This document shows, piece by piece, positions 13,695 through 32,900 of a stretch of DNA of 64,000 bases; positions within the stretch are counted from its first letter, which is position 1, and every line of letters starts with the position of its first letter. The notes under the pieces were generated by a model. It made no database searches, was not told the DNA's origin, and worked only from the letters and a program-made list of their open reading frames with translations. This DNA is from the human T2T-CHM13v2.0 reference genome, Homo sapiens. The stretch is from assembly GCF_009914755.1 (NCBI RefSeq), contig NC_060938.1. One strand, 5' to 3'. Made by a program: the position numbers and the translations under genes.

Positions 13695-14000
13695 ATCTCT
13701 CTCTCTATATATATATGTGTGTGTGTGTGTGGGTGTGGATATACACACACAAACATACACACATATATTCATGCATACACATACATATATACATACACAC
13801 ATACATGCATATATGTATATATTTGAATATATATTTGTGTATATTACATATGTAAAAGCATAAATACATTATTTTATATATCGTATATGTAACATAATTA
13901 CATCATTAAATATGATAAACATGTTATATCATATATAATATCATATCTAATGTATATTTAATATATCATCGTCTATATCCCCCATATAAAATACATCATG
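13695..14000. repeat. Compound (CT)(TA)(TG)(CA) low-complexity tract
   Basis: Direct observation. Confidence 0.85.
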
Positions 14001-14059
14001 TATTATTGCATATATGCACTCCGTATATTTCTGAGATATGAAAGCTGTTTTCAAGTATG

Positions 14060-14230
14060 TATTAGTTGCATGATGAAAAATATATTAATTAAATCATCTG
14101 TGTCTCAATTCACTTACATTTTAAAGAGAAAACATTATAGCATTTATCTCATGGGTTGGTAAGAGATTATACTTGTAACTTCGTGAGAAAGGTTCCTTGC
14201 TCATAGTACGTCTAAAATAAATTGCAGCTC
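14060..14230 (+). mobile_element. MIR remnant
   Basis: 'tctgtgtctcaattcacttacattttaaa...atctcatgggttggtaagagatta'. Confidence 0.5.
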
Positions 14231-15914
14231 CTTTTTAATATGAAAATCATAAGTAGTTTACAGCAATTGGAATGACTTCTAGCTAACTGATGCTTACAAA
14301 CATTTGTAGAATGGAGGTACACTATGCCCTTGACTATTTACAAATTTACTGAAAACAAACTATGTCTAAGATTTTATTATCGCAATACAAACCCTTGGAA
14401 GTTTCTCATTTCTCCACTTTATTAAGTGGAAAAACGAGAAATATGGTCATACTCACAGAACCCTTAAGGATTAAGGATTAAGGGTTTTGTAACACCATAC
14501 TTCTACATGATGTGCCAAATTGATCTAGACGTTCTTACCTCCCAAGTAATTCAATCTCAGTATGCAAAACCCTTTCTGCATTGAACAGGGGTCTCATTCC
14601 ACAGCTAAATAATTGTTATTCTCAGTATTTCTCAATAAGTGCAGGATGAATCAAAATAAAGACCCCTTTAAAAAATGTATCTTTAAATACTATAAGATTG
14701 ACACCTAATAAAGCAGCTTACAAATCATAACAATGCTCTATCATAGTGAGTAATGGACCATATGCAACACACTCATTACCTGCCTGAATGTGGCTGTCTG
14801 CTGTAATTTCTGGTCTCTCACCTTGTAGCTCAAACCGGCACATAGCACTACGAGTCTCTGGGGCAAGTAACATTGTTGAATTCATTAATCCCCTCCCCTA
14901 AACAGTCTTGTTCATCCTCCCACTGAACTGTGAGCAAATGACTTGGGACTGAAAGACCTTCCACAGAGCTCCTCTGCTCTTTCTCAGCCTGGCACATATA
15001 ACAAAGGTTTATGGTACACATATGAGATTGTTTATTGAGTGTTATAAGCAGAACATTTTCAGCGTAACCCGATAGGGACACTAATATGGTAGATATGTTT
15101 TAGCTTGATGTGGTTACCAAGTCATATGTGTTATCAGGAAAATAATTCTATAACTTGCCTGTAAAGAATGAAAAGATACATATAGATATTTTTAGTTCCC
15201 TTTAGTGAGTTTGAAAATTAGTATGTGAGAATCCACAAAAGTTGTCAACGTGTAGGTTAACATAACTCAGGAACTGGTCTATAATACACACTGGGGTATT
15301 TAAATCATTTAAAATTTTGTTTGGCAAACCGTTACACTGACTTGACAAATTGAGATTCCTTATTAGTTTCAGTGTTGCTCTTGGCTGCAGTCTTCTTGAT
15401 CTCCCCCTCCACTCCTAATTTCAAGCTGGATAATAGCAGTCTTGAATATCCTGAAAAAGTTTTACGTGGTGGAAAAGTTGTATGTGGGGTGGGTGAGGTT
15501 AAATAAGAAAATTGTTATGTGTTAAAAGTTTTAATGTATGAAACAAACTCTCTTTGAATAGTGTAGAATATGCCTGACCTTTAGATTTTTCTATTTTTAT
15601 TTTTTATTTATTTTTCCAGAATTTTTGGACGCTGGAACCAGTTTACATATTAAAAGAAGATGGTGTTGTTGACAAAGAGGTCTTGCCTGCCCTAAGAGAT
15701 AGGGTAGTCACTTATGAACAAGCTATACTGAAAATCTCCAGATATGGTCTGGTCTTGAGGACACATAACCACAGGGATGGAACTTGGCGATGACAAAATC
15801 CCACTATCAACCATGCCAGGTTCTGACATCAGCAAGTTAATTATGGCCAACCAAAATTGGTGACTTTCTAAAGTACAGAAAGGAGACAATTTTAGCACAG
15901 AGGGGGCCTTTAGA

Positions 15915-16000
15915 AACACTGTATTCGGATTTTTTATTTTGCAGATGTGAAAATAGAGGGTAATAATATTAAATAACTTTCCCAAGTCATACAACTAGAT
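15915..16000 (-). mobile_element. MIR fragment
   Basis: 'attttgcagatgtgaaaatagagg...taaataactttcccaagtcatacaactag'. Confidence 0.6.
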
Positions 16001-17143
16001 GTAATATATGTATAAATTATCCATAAAAAGTCATTAATGTGAATTTAATATAAATTCTGCTGAGACTAGAGTTTAACAGCATACCACCTTTCCTTTATAT
16101 GATGGTGTTTCCAAAGATTAGAAGCCAAACTACTTCTGAGAAATAGCACAACAAAATTTTCTATTCTTTTCCCCAGTGTGTTCTACCTAGATATTTGAAT
16201 ATTAAACAATCAACTTAAGATATATCATAATGCTGCTAATTGTGCATTAGACACAAAAAGCATAGGCATAACCATATTCCTAGAGTGTCAAAGTCCTAAA
16301 GAAAAAAGTAGATTTGTTCATTACAGCACAAAAATTATAGATAGTAAATATATTAAATGTACTCAGCTACTTACAGAGATATGAACATACACAAGAGAGG
16401 CTGCTGAAATGAGAACAGTCAAATGAAGATGTATCTTGGGGATTCATGGAGAGAATCAATATATAATAATCTTCTGAAGGAAGAAAAATATGCCATTAAC
16501 CTTCTAAATGCTGACAGAAGACAGAAAAAAATATGTGAAGGGTTTATTTTAAGTGAGCAATTCATAGTATTGTGGCAGTTTAAGCATGAGAGGGAAGCAG
16601 ATGGATAGAGAAACTCAAAGGCTTTGAATAGTGATGCTTATTTTTTATGTTAGACTATTTGGGGAAAGTGGTAGACTTGTTTAAAGAGTTATGCCATTGG
16701 AATCTTTAATGTAATGATTTTCATTGCTATTCCTAAAGTGAAAGCTAATCAAGAAAATGGTAGAAGCTGTGCAGGCCACACAGTGGTGTTGGGTTGATTG
16801 AAGCATGCAGCAGTTAAGCCCAGGAAAAGGACAGATATTGCTCTGGATCATAAGTATTGGGCTTAGGCCTTATATTGGATATTGGGTGTATAGTAAAGAT
16901 TCAGCTTGTCAATGTAGCTTATGGAGAGAGTGGTACATGGCTTACAATAGTGAAATGGTTGTGTTGGTTTGAGGGGGTGCAGTTGGGATAACAATAGAGA
17001 AAAGTGAAATGACCAGTTAAGTCTCTTTTTCAATGCAGTTTTTTTAAAAGATATTCAGAAAGTAGGAAATGCAAGTATGGAGCTTGGAATATCCTCTACC
17101 CACCAAAATGCCAATACAAATAATGAAGATTTAAAAAAAAATC

Positions 17144-18549
<1,406 letters not shown>

Positions 18550-21004
18550 CCATCTTTTAAAGTACAAATTGTCTAAATAGAGAAACATTCATTTAAAAAA
18601 ATCTACTAAATCTTGGTAACCTGCTTCCTAACTTGTGCCCCAGCCCAGCTCTGTGTTACAGAAGCTCTACTCAAAGCATGTACAGCCAGAAAGGCATGGA
18701 GGTTCTCATTCTCCCAGCTTCAAGTCTGAGATGATAGTTTCACATCAGGAGGGGCAGGCTGTTGTTTCTTATCACCCCTCTCTTTCTCCAGTCTCCAGTC
18801 ATGGGATGAGAACTTTATTCCATGGCCAGCAGGCCAATAATACTGAGCCTCTGATCACCCACACGCAGGCTGACCTTTAGGGTGGAGGTTCCATATGGGA
18901 GAGGCAGACATTCCTTCCCCAAGTGCCCATCATGGAGCAAGGATTTCACTTCAAAAAAAGTTTCTAGCCCCACCTTTAAGCAGTAGCCCAAGGATTTTGC
19001 CCACGTTGAAACACTGCCTTTAGGAATAAAGAGCTCCAGGACACTGGCTAAAATAAATGACTTTATTTAAACAGGGAGTGGAGAAACTCATTCCTAAAGG
19101 CATTGTTGAAAACAGTGGAGATATTGGTGGAAGGCAATTAAAGAGATTGGTAATTCCAGGACACAAGCAACATCGCAGAATAGCCAGAAGTTTAATAGAG
19201 AGAACCATAAGAAGAGGCAGCCAAGAAGAGCCCTCCTGGGTCACAGTCAACTTTGAGGATCTTGATGACTGTGCACCTGCCTAAGCTGTCACCCACTCAG
19301 GAGCAATCACGGTAGGACATGGGGCAGACTTGACAGCATTAACCAAACTGCACTCATCAACACAGGATAGAAGCTTCACTGGCAAAATGGGCTTAAAAGC
19401 AACCTCTGACCAAACACTGGCTAAACAATAGGTCTCTCTGACTCAAAGACACCTCCTAGGAAACTAGGCTTAAAAATAAAATTACACACATCCTTGATAT
19501 TGTAGAATGTATACATGCCATAGGCTGCAGCCCTTTGGGAAAGATCAAGGAGGGAAGAACCATCCTAAAATTCCCTGGCAAAATGTGGGCAAAAACAAAC
19601 ATGTAAACTCCCTGAAACATGAGAGCAGCCTGCAAGCCACATATATATCCAATGCTAAAAGATACATATCTAACTGACTAAGGGAGATTAAGCACAACCT
19701 TTGATCAGTAAGTGACCTATGCTGTTATATAGGGTGACCTCTATGCAGCTAGATTAAAAGATGAAAACAAGGGTGGACAATGTATGCAGGGGCATTAGAG
19801 GATGCACACTTTGAGGGGAAAAAATTGCAGAATTATTTCAGCCAAGTCACTAAATATATAAACAAATTACCAATTGGTCAGCAACAATACTCTCTGGTGG
19901 GGGCTGGGGATTCGTCTACAGAATTTCAACAAAAAGTTATGAGAAATTTAACGAAACAAGAAAGTATAATTCATACATGGGGAAGGAGGAGAGGGAAAAC
20001 AAAAACAAAGACAAAAACAAGCAAACAAAAACTAGGAAATAGAAACTGCCTTTGAAGGAAATAAGATGATAGCCTTAGCAAAGTCTGCAAAGCAGTGAGA
20101 ACTAAAGGGTACTATATTTGTCGGATTAAAAGAAGGCATACAAATCATGATATTGATAAAAAAGTGAATCGATCAAGAAGACATAATGAATATAAACATC
20201 GATACACCTAAAAACAGCCTGAAATGACATGAAGCAAAAACTGGCAGAATTAAAAGGAGAAACAGACAATTCAGTAACAATAGTTGGAGCATCAATATCC
20301 CACTTTCAGTGATGGATGGAACGACTAGGTGGAAGATGAACAAAGAAATGGAAGATCTGAACAATGCTATAAAATAATGAAAACAATACTATAAGACATC
20401 TATAGAATACCCTACACAACAGCAGCAAAATAGACATTCTTTCCAAGCATACATGGAACAATCTTCAAGATAAACTTACGTCATGCCATAAAATAAGTCT
20501 CAATAAACTTAATAAAGTATGTTCTTCTTCCACAGTGGATTCAAATTAGAAATCAATAACACAAAGACATTTCAGAAATTCACAATTATACAGAAATTAA
20601 ACAACAGACTCATTGATGACCAATGGGTGAAAGAACTCAGAAGGAAATTTTGAAAATAATTTGACACTAAAGAAAATTAAAACATAATGTACTAAAACTT
20701 AAAGAATGCATATAAATCAAAAATCAAAGGGAATTTTTATCTATAAACACATTAAAAAATAAGAAATTTCATGAAAGAGTAACCCAAGCTTCTGCCTTAA
20801 TAAACTAGAAAAAGAAAATAAATTTCAAAGCAAGCAGAGGATAAAACAATAAAGATTAAGGTAGAGACGAGTAAAACAAGTAATGAAAATAAATAGAGAA
20901 AATAAAACTAGAAGTTGTTTTTTTTTCTTTTAAAGTTCAACAAAGTTAATCAAGAATCCATTTTTCTAGACCATTAGCTAGACTGATTAAGAAAAAAGAC
21001 AGAG

Positions 21005-21293
21005 GCAGGGCGTGGTGGCTCACACCTGTAATCCCAGCACTTTGGGAGGCCGAGGCGGGCAGTTCACCTGAAGTCAGGAATTCAAGATCAGCCTGGCCAA
21101 CATGGCGAAAACCCGTCTATACTAAAAAACACAAAAAGTAGCCAGGCATGGTGGCAGGTGCCTGTAATCCCAGCTACTTGGGAGGCTGAGGCAGCAAGAA
21201 TTGCTTGAACCCAGGAGAAGGAGGATGCAGTGAGCAGAGATCGCGCCACTGCACTCCAGCCTGGGAGACAGAGTGAGACTCTGTCTCAAAAAA

Positions 21294-21324
<31 letters not shown>

Positions 21325-21342
21325 TAAAAATAAAAATAAAAA
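21005..21342 (+). mobile_element. AluSx-like, full length, (AAAT)n tail
   Basis: 'ggcagggcgtggtggctcacacctgtaatcccagcac...gagtgagactctgtctcaaaaaa'. Confidence 0.95.
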
Positions 21343-22934
21343 GGAGAGAAGACTTAAATTAATAAAATCAGAAATGAAAAGAGAAGGTTACTACTGACCT
21401 TACAAAAATAAAATGATTATCAGGCAATACCAATAAATTAGATAATCTAAATGAAATCGACACACCCATAAAAATAAAAACTACTGAAATTGGCTGAAGA
21501 AGAAATTAAAATCTCAATAAATTTGTAACAAGAGTAAGAGATTGATTTCATAAACAATAACAACAACAAACTTCTTATAAAGAAAAGCCCAGGACCAGAT
21601 GACCTCATGGGTGAATTTTTATTCAATGTTTAAAAAATTATCACCAATCCTGCACAAACCCTTGCAAAAAGTAGGAGAGGAAGACACACTTCCCAATGCA
21701 TTTTATGAGGGCAGTATTACTTTGATACCAAAATCAGATAAAGAAATCACAAACAAAGAACACTACAGAATGCCATCTCTTATGTATATACATATGAAAA
21801 TCCTCAAAAAAATTCTGGAAGACCAGATTAAGCAATATGTTAAAAAAAATTATATACCATGACCACAGGGGATCTATTCCAGGATCGTGAGACAACAAAT
21901 ATAAATCAATATTAATAAAACAAAGGGAAAAAGAGCACACATTATTATCTCACAAACACAGAAATATGTGACAAAATCCAACACTCTTTCATGATAAAAA
22001 TATTCAGCTTATTAGGAGTAGAAAAGAACTTTCTTACCCTGGTAAAACCTTTAGTATACATCATACTTAATGGCAAATGACTGAAAGATTTCTCCATAAG
22101 ATCAGGAGTAAAACAAGAACATTCACTCTTGCCATCTCTAATGAACATTGCATTATGAGATTTAGCTGGGGAATTGGGCAAGAAAATGAAATAAAAGGGC
22201 TCTAAACTGAGAAGGAAGAAGTAAAACTATTTATTTGGAGATGACATAATCTTGTAAATAAAAATTCAAATAACCCCTGCCCGCCCACCACACACAAACA
22301 AAAGTATGAGATCTAAAGAAAAACATTTAGCAAGGTTGCAAGACACAAGATTAATATACAAAAATCAGTAGAAATGAACTACTAGTAAACATTCAGAAAA
22401 TGAATTTACATAAATCATTGCATTTAAAATAGCATAAAAATAATACAATATATAGGAGTAAATGTAACAAAAGAATGAAGGTGGAGTGTTATCTCACAAC
22501 ATAACCAAAATCAACTCAAAATGAATCAAAAAACTAAATGTAAGAGTTAAAACTATAACACTTTCTGGAAAAAAAACTGAAGAAAATATCTTTTCAAGCT
22601 TGGGTTAAACAACAGTTTCTTAAGTAAGGTAAAAAGAAGTACATGTGACAAAAAAAAAAACAACAGGTAAATTGAGATCAACCAAAATGGAAAACTTTTG
22701 TACTGCAAACAATAGCATATGGGAAGTTAACATACAAAAAAATGGCAGTAAATATTTACAAATCTGATAAGAACCTGAATCTAGAATACATAAAGAACTC
22801 CTTAAATTTAGTAGTAAATTCAGTAATAAAAAGACAAAAGACAAGTCAATTTTTTAAATGAGCAAAAGATTTTCATAGACATTAATTAAAGAAGATATAA
22901 AAATCACTAATAGATACATGAATAGATGATCAAT

Positions 22935-23350
22935 ATCTCTCTTAGTTTTCTGTTGCTTATAATAGAATACCTGAAATGGGAAATTTATATGGAGAAGGGA
23001 TTTATTTCTTACAGTTATAGAGGCTGAGAAGCCCATGGATGAGGAGCTGCAATCACCTGAGTCTTCTTGCTGGTGGGGACTCTGCAGAGTCCCAGGCAAC
23101 ACAAGACCGTCTCAAGCCTAATGTGAGAGGGCTGGTTGTGCTGGCTGGGGCATCTTTTTTTATAAAGCCAACAGTCCCACTCCTATGATAGCCTGTTAAT
23201 CCATTAACCCATTACATTCATTAATCCATGAATGTATTAATCCATTCATGAGGGCAGAGCCCTCTTAAAGGCCCTACCTCTCAATACTCCCACATTGTGG
23301 ATTAAATTTCAACATGGGTTTTAAAGGGAACAAAAATTCAAACCGTAGCA
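22935..23350 (-). mobile_element. MSTD/MLT1A-type solo LTR inside the L1M
   Basis: 'cttagttttctgttgcttataatagaatacctgaaatggg...aaattcaaaccgtagca'. Confidence 0.75.
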
Positions 23351-25425
23351 ACATTATTTAGTGATAAGGGAAATTCCTATCAAAACCGTGATGCGATACC
23401 ACTTCATACTCACTAGGATGTCTATAATTAAAAAGCTAAACAGCAACCAATGTTGCTGAAGATCTGGAGAAATTGGAACTATTATAAATTGCTGAGAGGG
23501 ATGTAAAATGGTTCAGTTGCTTTGGAAAATAATGTCTCAAAATTTTAAACACAGCAATTCACTCTATGAGAAATGAAAACATACGTCCACACAAAACCTT
23601 GTACACCAGTGTTCACAGTAGCATTATTCATAATGACCAAAGTGGAAGCAAAATGTTCATCAACTAATCAAACGGATTTTAAAAATTGATATATTAATAC
23701 AATGGAATAGTACTTATCAATTAAAAATGAATGCCTAACTGATATGGATTACAACATGAATAAACCTTAGAAACATTATGCTCAGTGAAAGAAGCCAGAC
23801 ACATAAGGCTACATAACATATAATTCCATTTATATGAAATGTCAGAATTGTAACTCAATAAAACAGTTAAAAGAAAAGAGAACATCTGAATGAAAGTGAG
23901 TGAAAAGGAACCATCTTATTTAGGGTAGGTTGACGACACCATTTATGAAACAACACTTATACATTTATATAGTTCTTATGCCTGCATGTATTTAAATATC
24001 ATTTCTACTTAACAGAAAATAATCAATTCATTGTTACTTAGGTCTAAGAAAACCACGAATTTTTTTTCTATCAACCAGGACTTTGAAAAGAAAACACAGT
24101 GTGTATTTTCATATTTTCTCTTCTCATGGTTCCAGCTTTAGTCCACTTCTAACTTAACTCAGTTTTTTTTTCAAATGATCATTTGAACCTGAGTTGCTAG
24201 TACTGTTCAATATGGAGACAGTGTAATCTAGTATAATCTAAAGGTAAGATGTTCTGCATGTTCTAGAAAGAAATGTATATGTCCAGTTCTTTTTGAAGTC
24301 ATTTTATTTTGTGCCTTAAATGCTGCCATTCTAGTCTTAAAATTACAGAATATATCTCAGGTGGACAGTGGAGTTATAATTTTTAGTGTACTTCTTAAAA
24401 GAAAAGATGAGTAGTCATTTTTATAAAGACTCTCTATAAAACACCTGTTGCTAAAAGGGATTCTGTTTAAATACTAATGCCTGGAATTTTATTCAGAATC
24501 ATGTGGGAAGTGAAAAAAACGACTAGGTGTGTAAATAGTATGAGACTGGCTGTGGCTTAAATGCTGTTGCAACTTAGTGGTAGGTTCATAGGTGCTTATT
24601 ATTTTATTTTAAATGTGAATTTATACTAGCTTATCATACAGTAAAAAAAATAACAAAATATATAACAAAAGAAGAAGCCATGAAAGACAGGTTGAATAGA
24701 AGTCACATATTAGAAGAAGAGGTTGTTGGCATAAATAAAGCTAGAATTTAAAAGAGAAAATGAGAAATTTACATTTAAAAGGCAAGAAGATACGTAATCA
24801 AATATCAATTGGTAAATGTCTTATGTAAAATATACGATGGTATAAAATTCATGTTTTGTTTCAGTCATGGGATAACTCACAGTCTATAGAGTCTATAGTT
24901 TCTCATAGACGAGAAATTAATCTAGTTACAGAGCAAGAAAAATACATAGATAGACAGATAATAAGATTACAATTTCTTCTCTACATAATGTCATTTTATT
25001 TGTTTCCTTACACAATCTTTTTGTTTTTTTCAGTTACTTTTCTCAGGTTAAATACATACCTCTTTTTTTTCCGTCTATACTCAGCTACTCTTATTAAATG
25101 GCTACAGTGACATAGATGAAATCACCTTTTTAAAATATCTAAGATCACAAGGAAATAAACACTGATATACAATTCCACCTAGAAGGTAAAAGTGTTTATG
25201 AAAACAGAATAGTAAGCTGCTTCTTACTTTCCTCATTGAGTTTCTTCCTCCAACTTAAAGACTGGGGGTGGTATGGCCAAGGAAGAGCGACATGAGGAGA
25301 GGAGCATTAAGGACGCTGGTAGTCTAGTGGCAGAGTGAAATGTATGTCAGACTTTAGTTCATGGATTGATTTCTAAAGTGAGTAGGCTCAGATTCTTGGT
25401 TGACTTCTTTTTAAAAAAAAAAAAA

Positions 25426-25908
25426 CACCAATCAGACGTAGATTTGGTCTTTTCACAGAGTCCCATATTTCTTGGAGGCTTTGTTTCTTTGTATTCTTTT
25501 TTCTCTAAACTTCTCTTCTCGCTTCATTTCATTCATTTCATCTTCCATCACTGATACCCTTTCTTCCAGTTGATCAAATCGGCTACTGAGGCTTGTGCAT
25601 TCGTCACGTAGTTCTCGTGACTTGGTTTTCAGTTCCATCAGGTCCTTTAAGGACTTCTCTGCATTAGTTATTCTAGTTAGCCATTTGTCTAATTTTTTTT
25701 CAAGTTTTTTAACTTCTTTGCCATGGGTTTGAACTTCCTCCTTTAGCTCGGAGCAGTTTGATCATCTGAAGCTTTCTTCTCTCAACTCATCAAAGTTATT
25801 CTCCGTCCAACTTTGTTCCGTTGCTGGTGAGGAGCTGCGTTCCTTTCGAGGAGGAGAGGCACTCTGATTTTTAGAGTTTCCAGTTTTTCTGCTCTGTTTT
25901 TTCCCCAT
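25426..25908 (-). pseudogene. L1 ORF1 N-terminal part (inverted segment)
   Basis: MGKKQSRKTGNSKNQSASPP... and ...LEERVSVMEDEMNEMKREEKFREKRI in minus-strand ORFs; contains stops. Confidence 0.9.
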
Positions 25909-26280
25909 CTTTGTGGTTTTATCTACCTTTGGTCTTTGATGATGGTGATGTACACATGGGGTTTTGGTGTAGATGTCCCTTCTCTGTGTTTCTTTTCCTT
26001 CTAACAGCACCCTCAGTTGCAGGTCTGTTGGAGTTTGCTGGAGGTCCACTCCAGACCCTCTTTGGGTAACAGCAGCGGAGGCTACAGAACATCGGATACT
26101 GGTGAGCAGCAAATGTTGCTACCTGATCTTTCCTCTGGAAGTTTTCTCTCACAGGAGTACCCGGCCATGTGAGATGTCAGTTTGCCCCTACGTGGGGGTG
26201 CCTCCCAGTTAGGCTACTCGGGGGTCAGGGACCCACTTGAGGAAGCAGTCTGTCCATACTCAGACCTCTAGCTGTGTGCT

Positions 26281-26786
26281 GGAACCAAGTTGGAAAACAC
26301 TCTGCAGGATATTATCCAGGAGAACTTCCCCAATCTAGCAAGGCAGGCCAACATTCAAATCCAGAAAATACAGAGAACGCCACAAAGATAATCCTTGAGA
26401 GGAGCAACTCCAAGACACGTAATTGTCAGATTCACCAAAGTTGAAATGAAGGAAAGAATGTTAAGGGCAGCCAGAGAGAAAGGTCAGGTTACCCAAAAAG
26501 GGAAGCCCATCAGACTAACAGCTGATCTCTCAGCAGAAACTCTACAAGCCAGAAGAGAGTGGGGGTCAATATTCAACATTCTCAAAGAAAAGAATTTTCA
26601 ACCCAGAATTTCATATCCAGCCAAACCAAGCTTCATAAGTGAAGGAGAAATAACATACTTTACAGACAAGCAATGCTGAGAGATTTTGTCACCACCAGGC
26701 CTGCCCTAAAAGAGCTCCTCAAGGAAGCACTTAACATGGAAAGGAACAACTGGTACCAGCCACTGCAAAAACATGCCAAATTGTAA
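26281..26786 (+). pseudogene. L1 ORF1 C-terminal part (RRM/CTD)
   Basis: ORF 26395..26679 ATPRHVIVRFTKVEMKE..LRAAREKG..; frameshifted. Confidence 0.9.
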
Positions 26787-26849
26787 AGACCATCGAGGCT
26801 AAGAAGAAACTGCATCAACTAACAAACAAAATAACTAGCTAACATCATA

Positions 26850-30674
<3,825 letters not shown>

Positions 30675-31129
30675 ACAATGAGAACACATGGACACAGGAA
30701 GAGGAACATCACACACCAGGGCCTGTTGTGGGGTGGGGGATGGGGGGGGATAGCATTAGGAGATATACCTAATGTTAAATGACGAGTTAATGAGTGCAGC
30801 ACACCAACATGGCACATGTATACATATGTAACTAACCTGCACGTTGTGCACATGTACCTTGAAACTTAAAGTATAATAAAAAAGAAAAAAAGTTCAATTT
30901 ATAAAATTGGACGCAGTAAGAGCTTAGCAACAATAATAATAAAATAGAACAATATAACAATAAAAACAAACCAACAGAAAAATAAAAAACTAGAGTCGTG
31001 TCTTTTGATCTAATGCAGAGGACTTTTTGAAATGTCTTACTTACAAGCATTAAACTCAGTGTTTGTTTTTTTTTTTTCAAAGCATTAAATTACTTCACAA
31101 CAGAAGAAATAAGAGAGTACCATCATTTC

Positions 31130-31890
<761 letters not shown>

Positions 31891-32489
31891 ATATAACATT
31901 GCTTCCTAAATGATATGTATCCAAGTACATACAATTCAGTGTTTGCATTGTCTCATTATGTCTACTAAGGACCATTTCCGCTTGAAATGTCTCTTTCATT
32001 TGCGTGGTATCATAATAATCATAACAATAAATTAGGTCATATTTTCTGGAAATTTATGAAGAGGAAAATAGCTGAGCAAAAGGATGAGTCACATTCCAAT
32101 CCTGTGATGTTATTGGTCATATACTAAACATGATATCTGCATACTGGAAATAGGCAAATGGATTTTTTTCAGCAAAGTATTAACCTCCTTCAAAGCTTAG
32201 TTCAAGTTTCAAAGTGTTGTCTCTTTGATTCCTAATAAGGTCTGTATTGCTTTTTGATAGTTAATACATATTATTGTATTGCAGGATAGCAATGTAGTGT
32301 GATAACTTTGAAAACCAGGGCATTTCTTGTTTACGGAAAACATACACAGTCTTTACTCGAAACTTAAGATGGCACCAAAAGCCTTATATTGTGCTTTTCA
32401 TGTTCACAATGAATGTAGGGCATGATTATCACATTAGAAACACAGAGAAGCAGTCTAGGTATCAATGCCAGGATGAGCTGTCTTCTGTT

Positions 32490-32900
32490 TAGGGGAATCA
32501 CCAGGCTGACATCAAGGTGTCAGCTGGGGCTGTGATGGTGCTGGGGGCTTGGGATTCTCTTCCAAGTTCACTGGTTCTTGCAGAACTCCTTTTTTGGCAG
32601 TCGTGTGACTGAAGTTACTGTGTTCTCGTTGGCTCTTAACCAGGGGACACTCTAGGCTCCTAGAGGCCTCTCTCAGGTCTTTGCCACGTGGACTCTTCCT
32701 CTCACAACATGACTCTTTACTTTCTTTTAAGCAAGTGAAAAAATGATAAAGACCTTAAGGAATTAGGTCAGACACACTCAGGATAATCTGCATTTTGATG
32801 AATTCAAAGGCAACTGATTGGGACCTTTAGTTATATGTGTGAAATTCATTTTGCCATATAACCTGGCATGGTTGTAGGAGTGATATTCTATCATATTCAC
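32490..32900 (-). mobile_element. MLT1E/F-like LTR
   Basis: 'aggctgacatcaaggtgtcagctggggctg', 'caggataatct', 'caactgattgggacctttagtta', 'atcatattcaca'. Confidence 0.65.

Larger units (their letters stand above)
18550..23875 (+). mobile_element. Old, internally deleted L1M (L1M4-type 5' end, ORF2 remnants, L1MB-like 3' end), interrupted by an Alu and an MST/MLT LTR; probably begins near 17050, upstream of THE1A
   Basis: A-rich strand; ORF 21599..21862 (..PILHKPLQKVGEEDTLPNAFYEGSITLIPKSDK..) is degenerate ORF2p; 3' UTR motif 'aacattatgctcagtgaaagaagccagacaca'. Confidence 0.8.

Noticed and set aside
15590-15700. Strong plus-strand acceptor-like 'ttttccag' at ~15619
   Set aside because: T-rich context makes such sites common; no convincing donor or coding signal.
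30884-30900. 'aaaaagttca' after the plus L1 resembles the flank at 46913-46922, suggesting swapped TSDs
   Set aside because: The match is short and A-rich, and the minus L1 already has its own 14-bp TSD pair.
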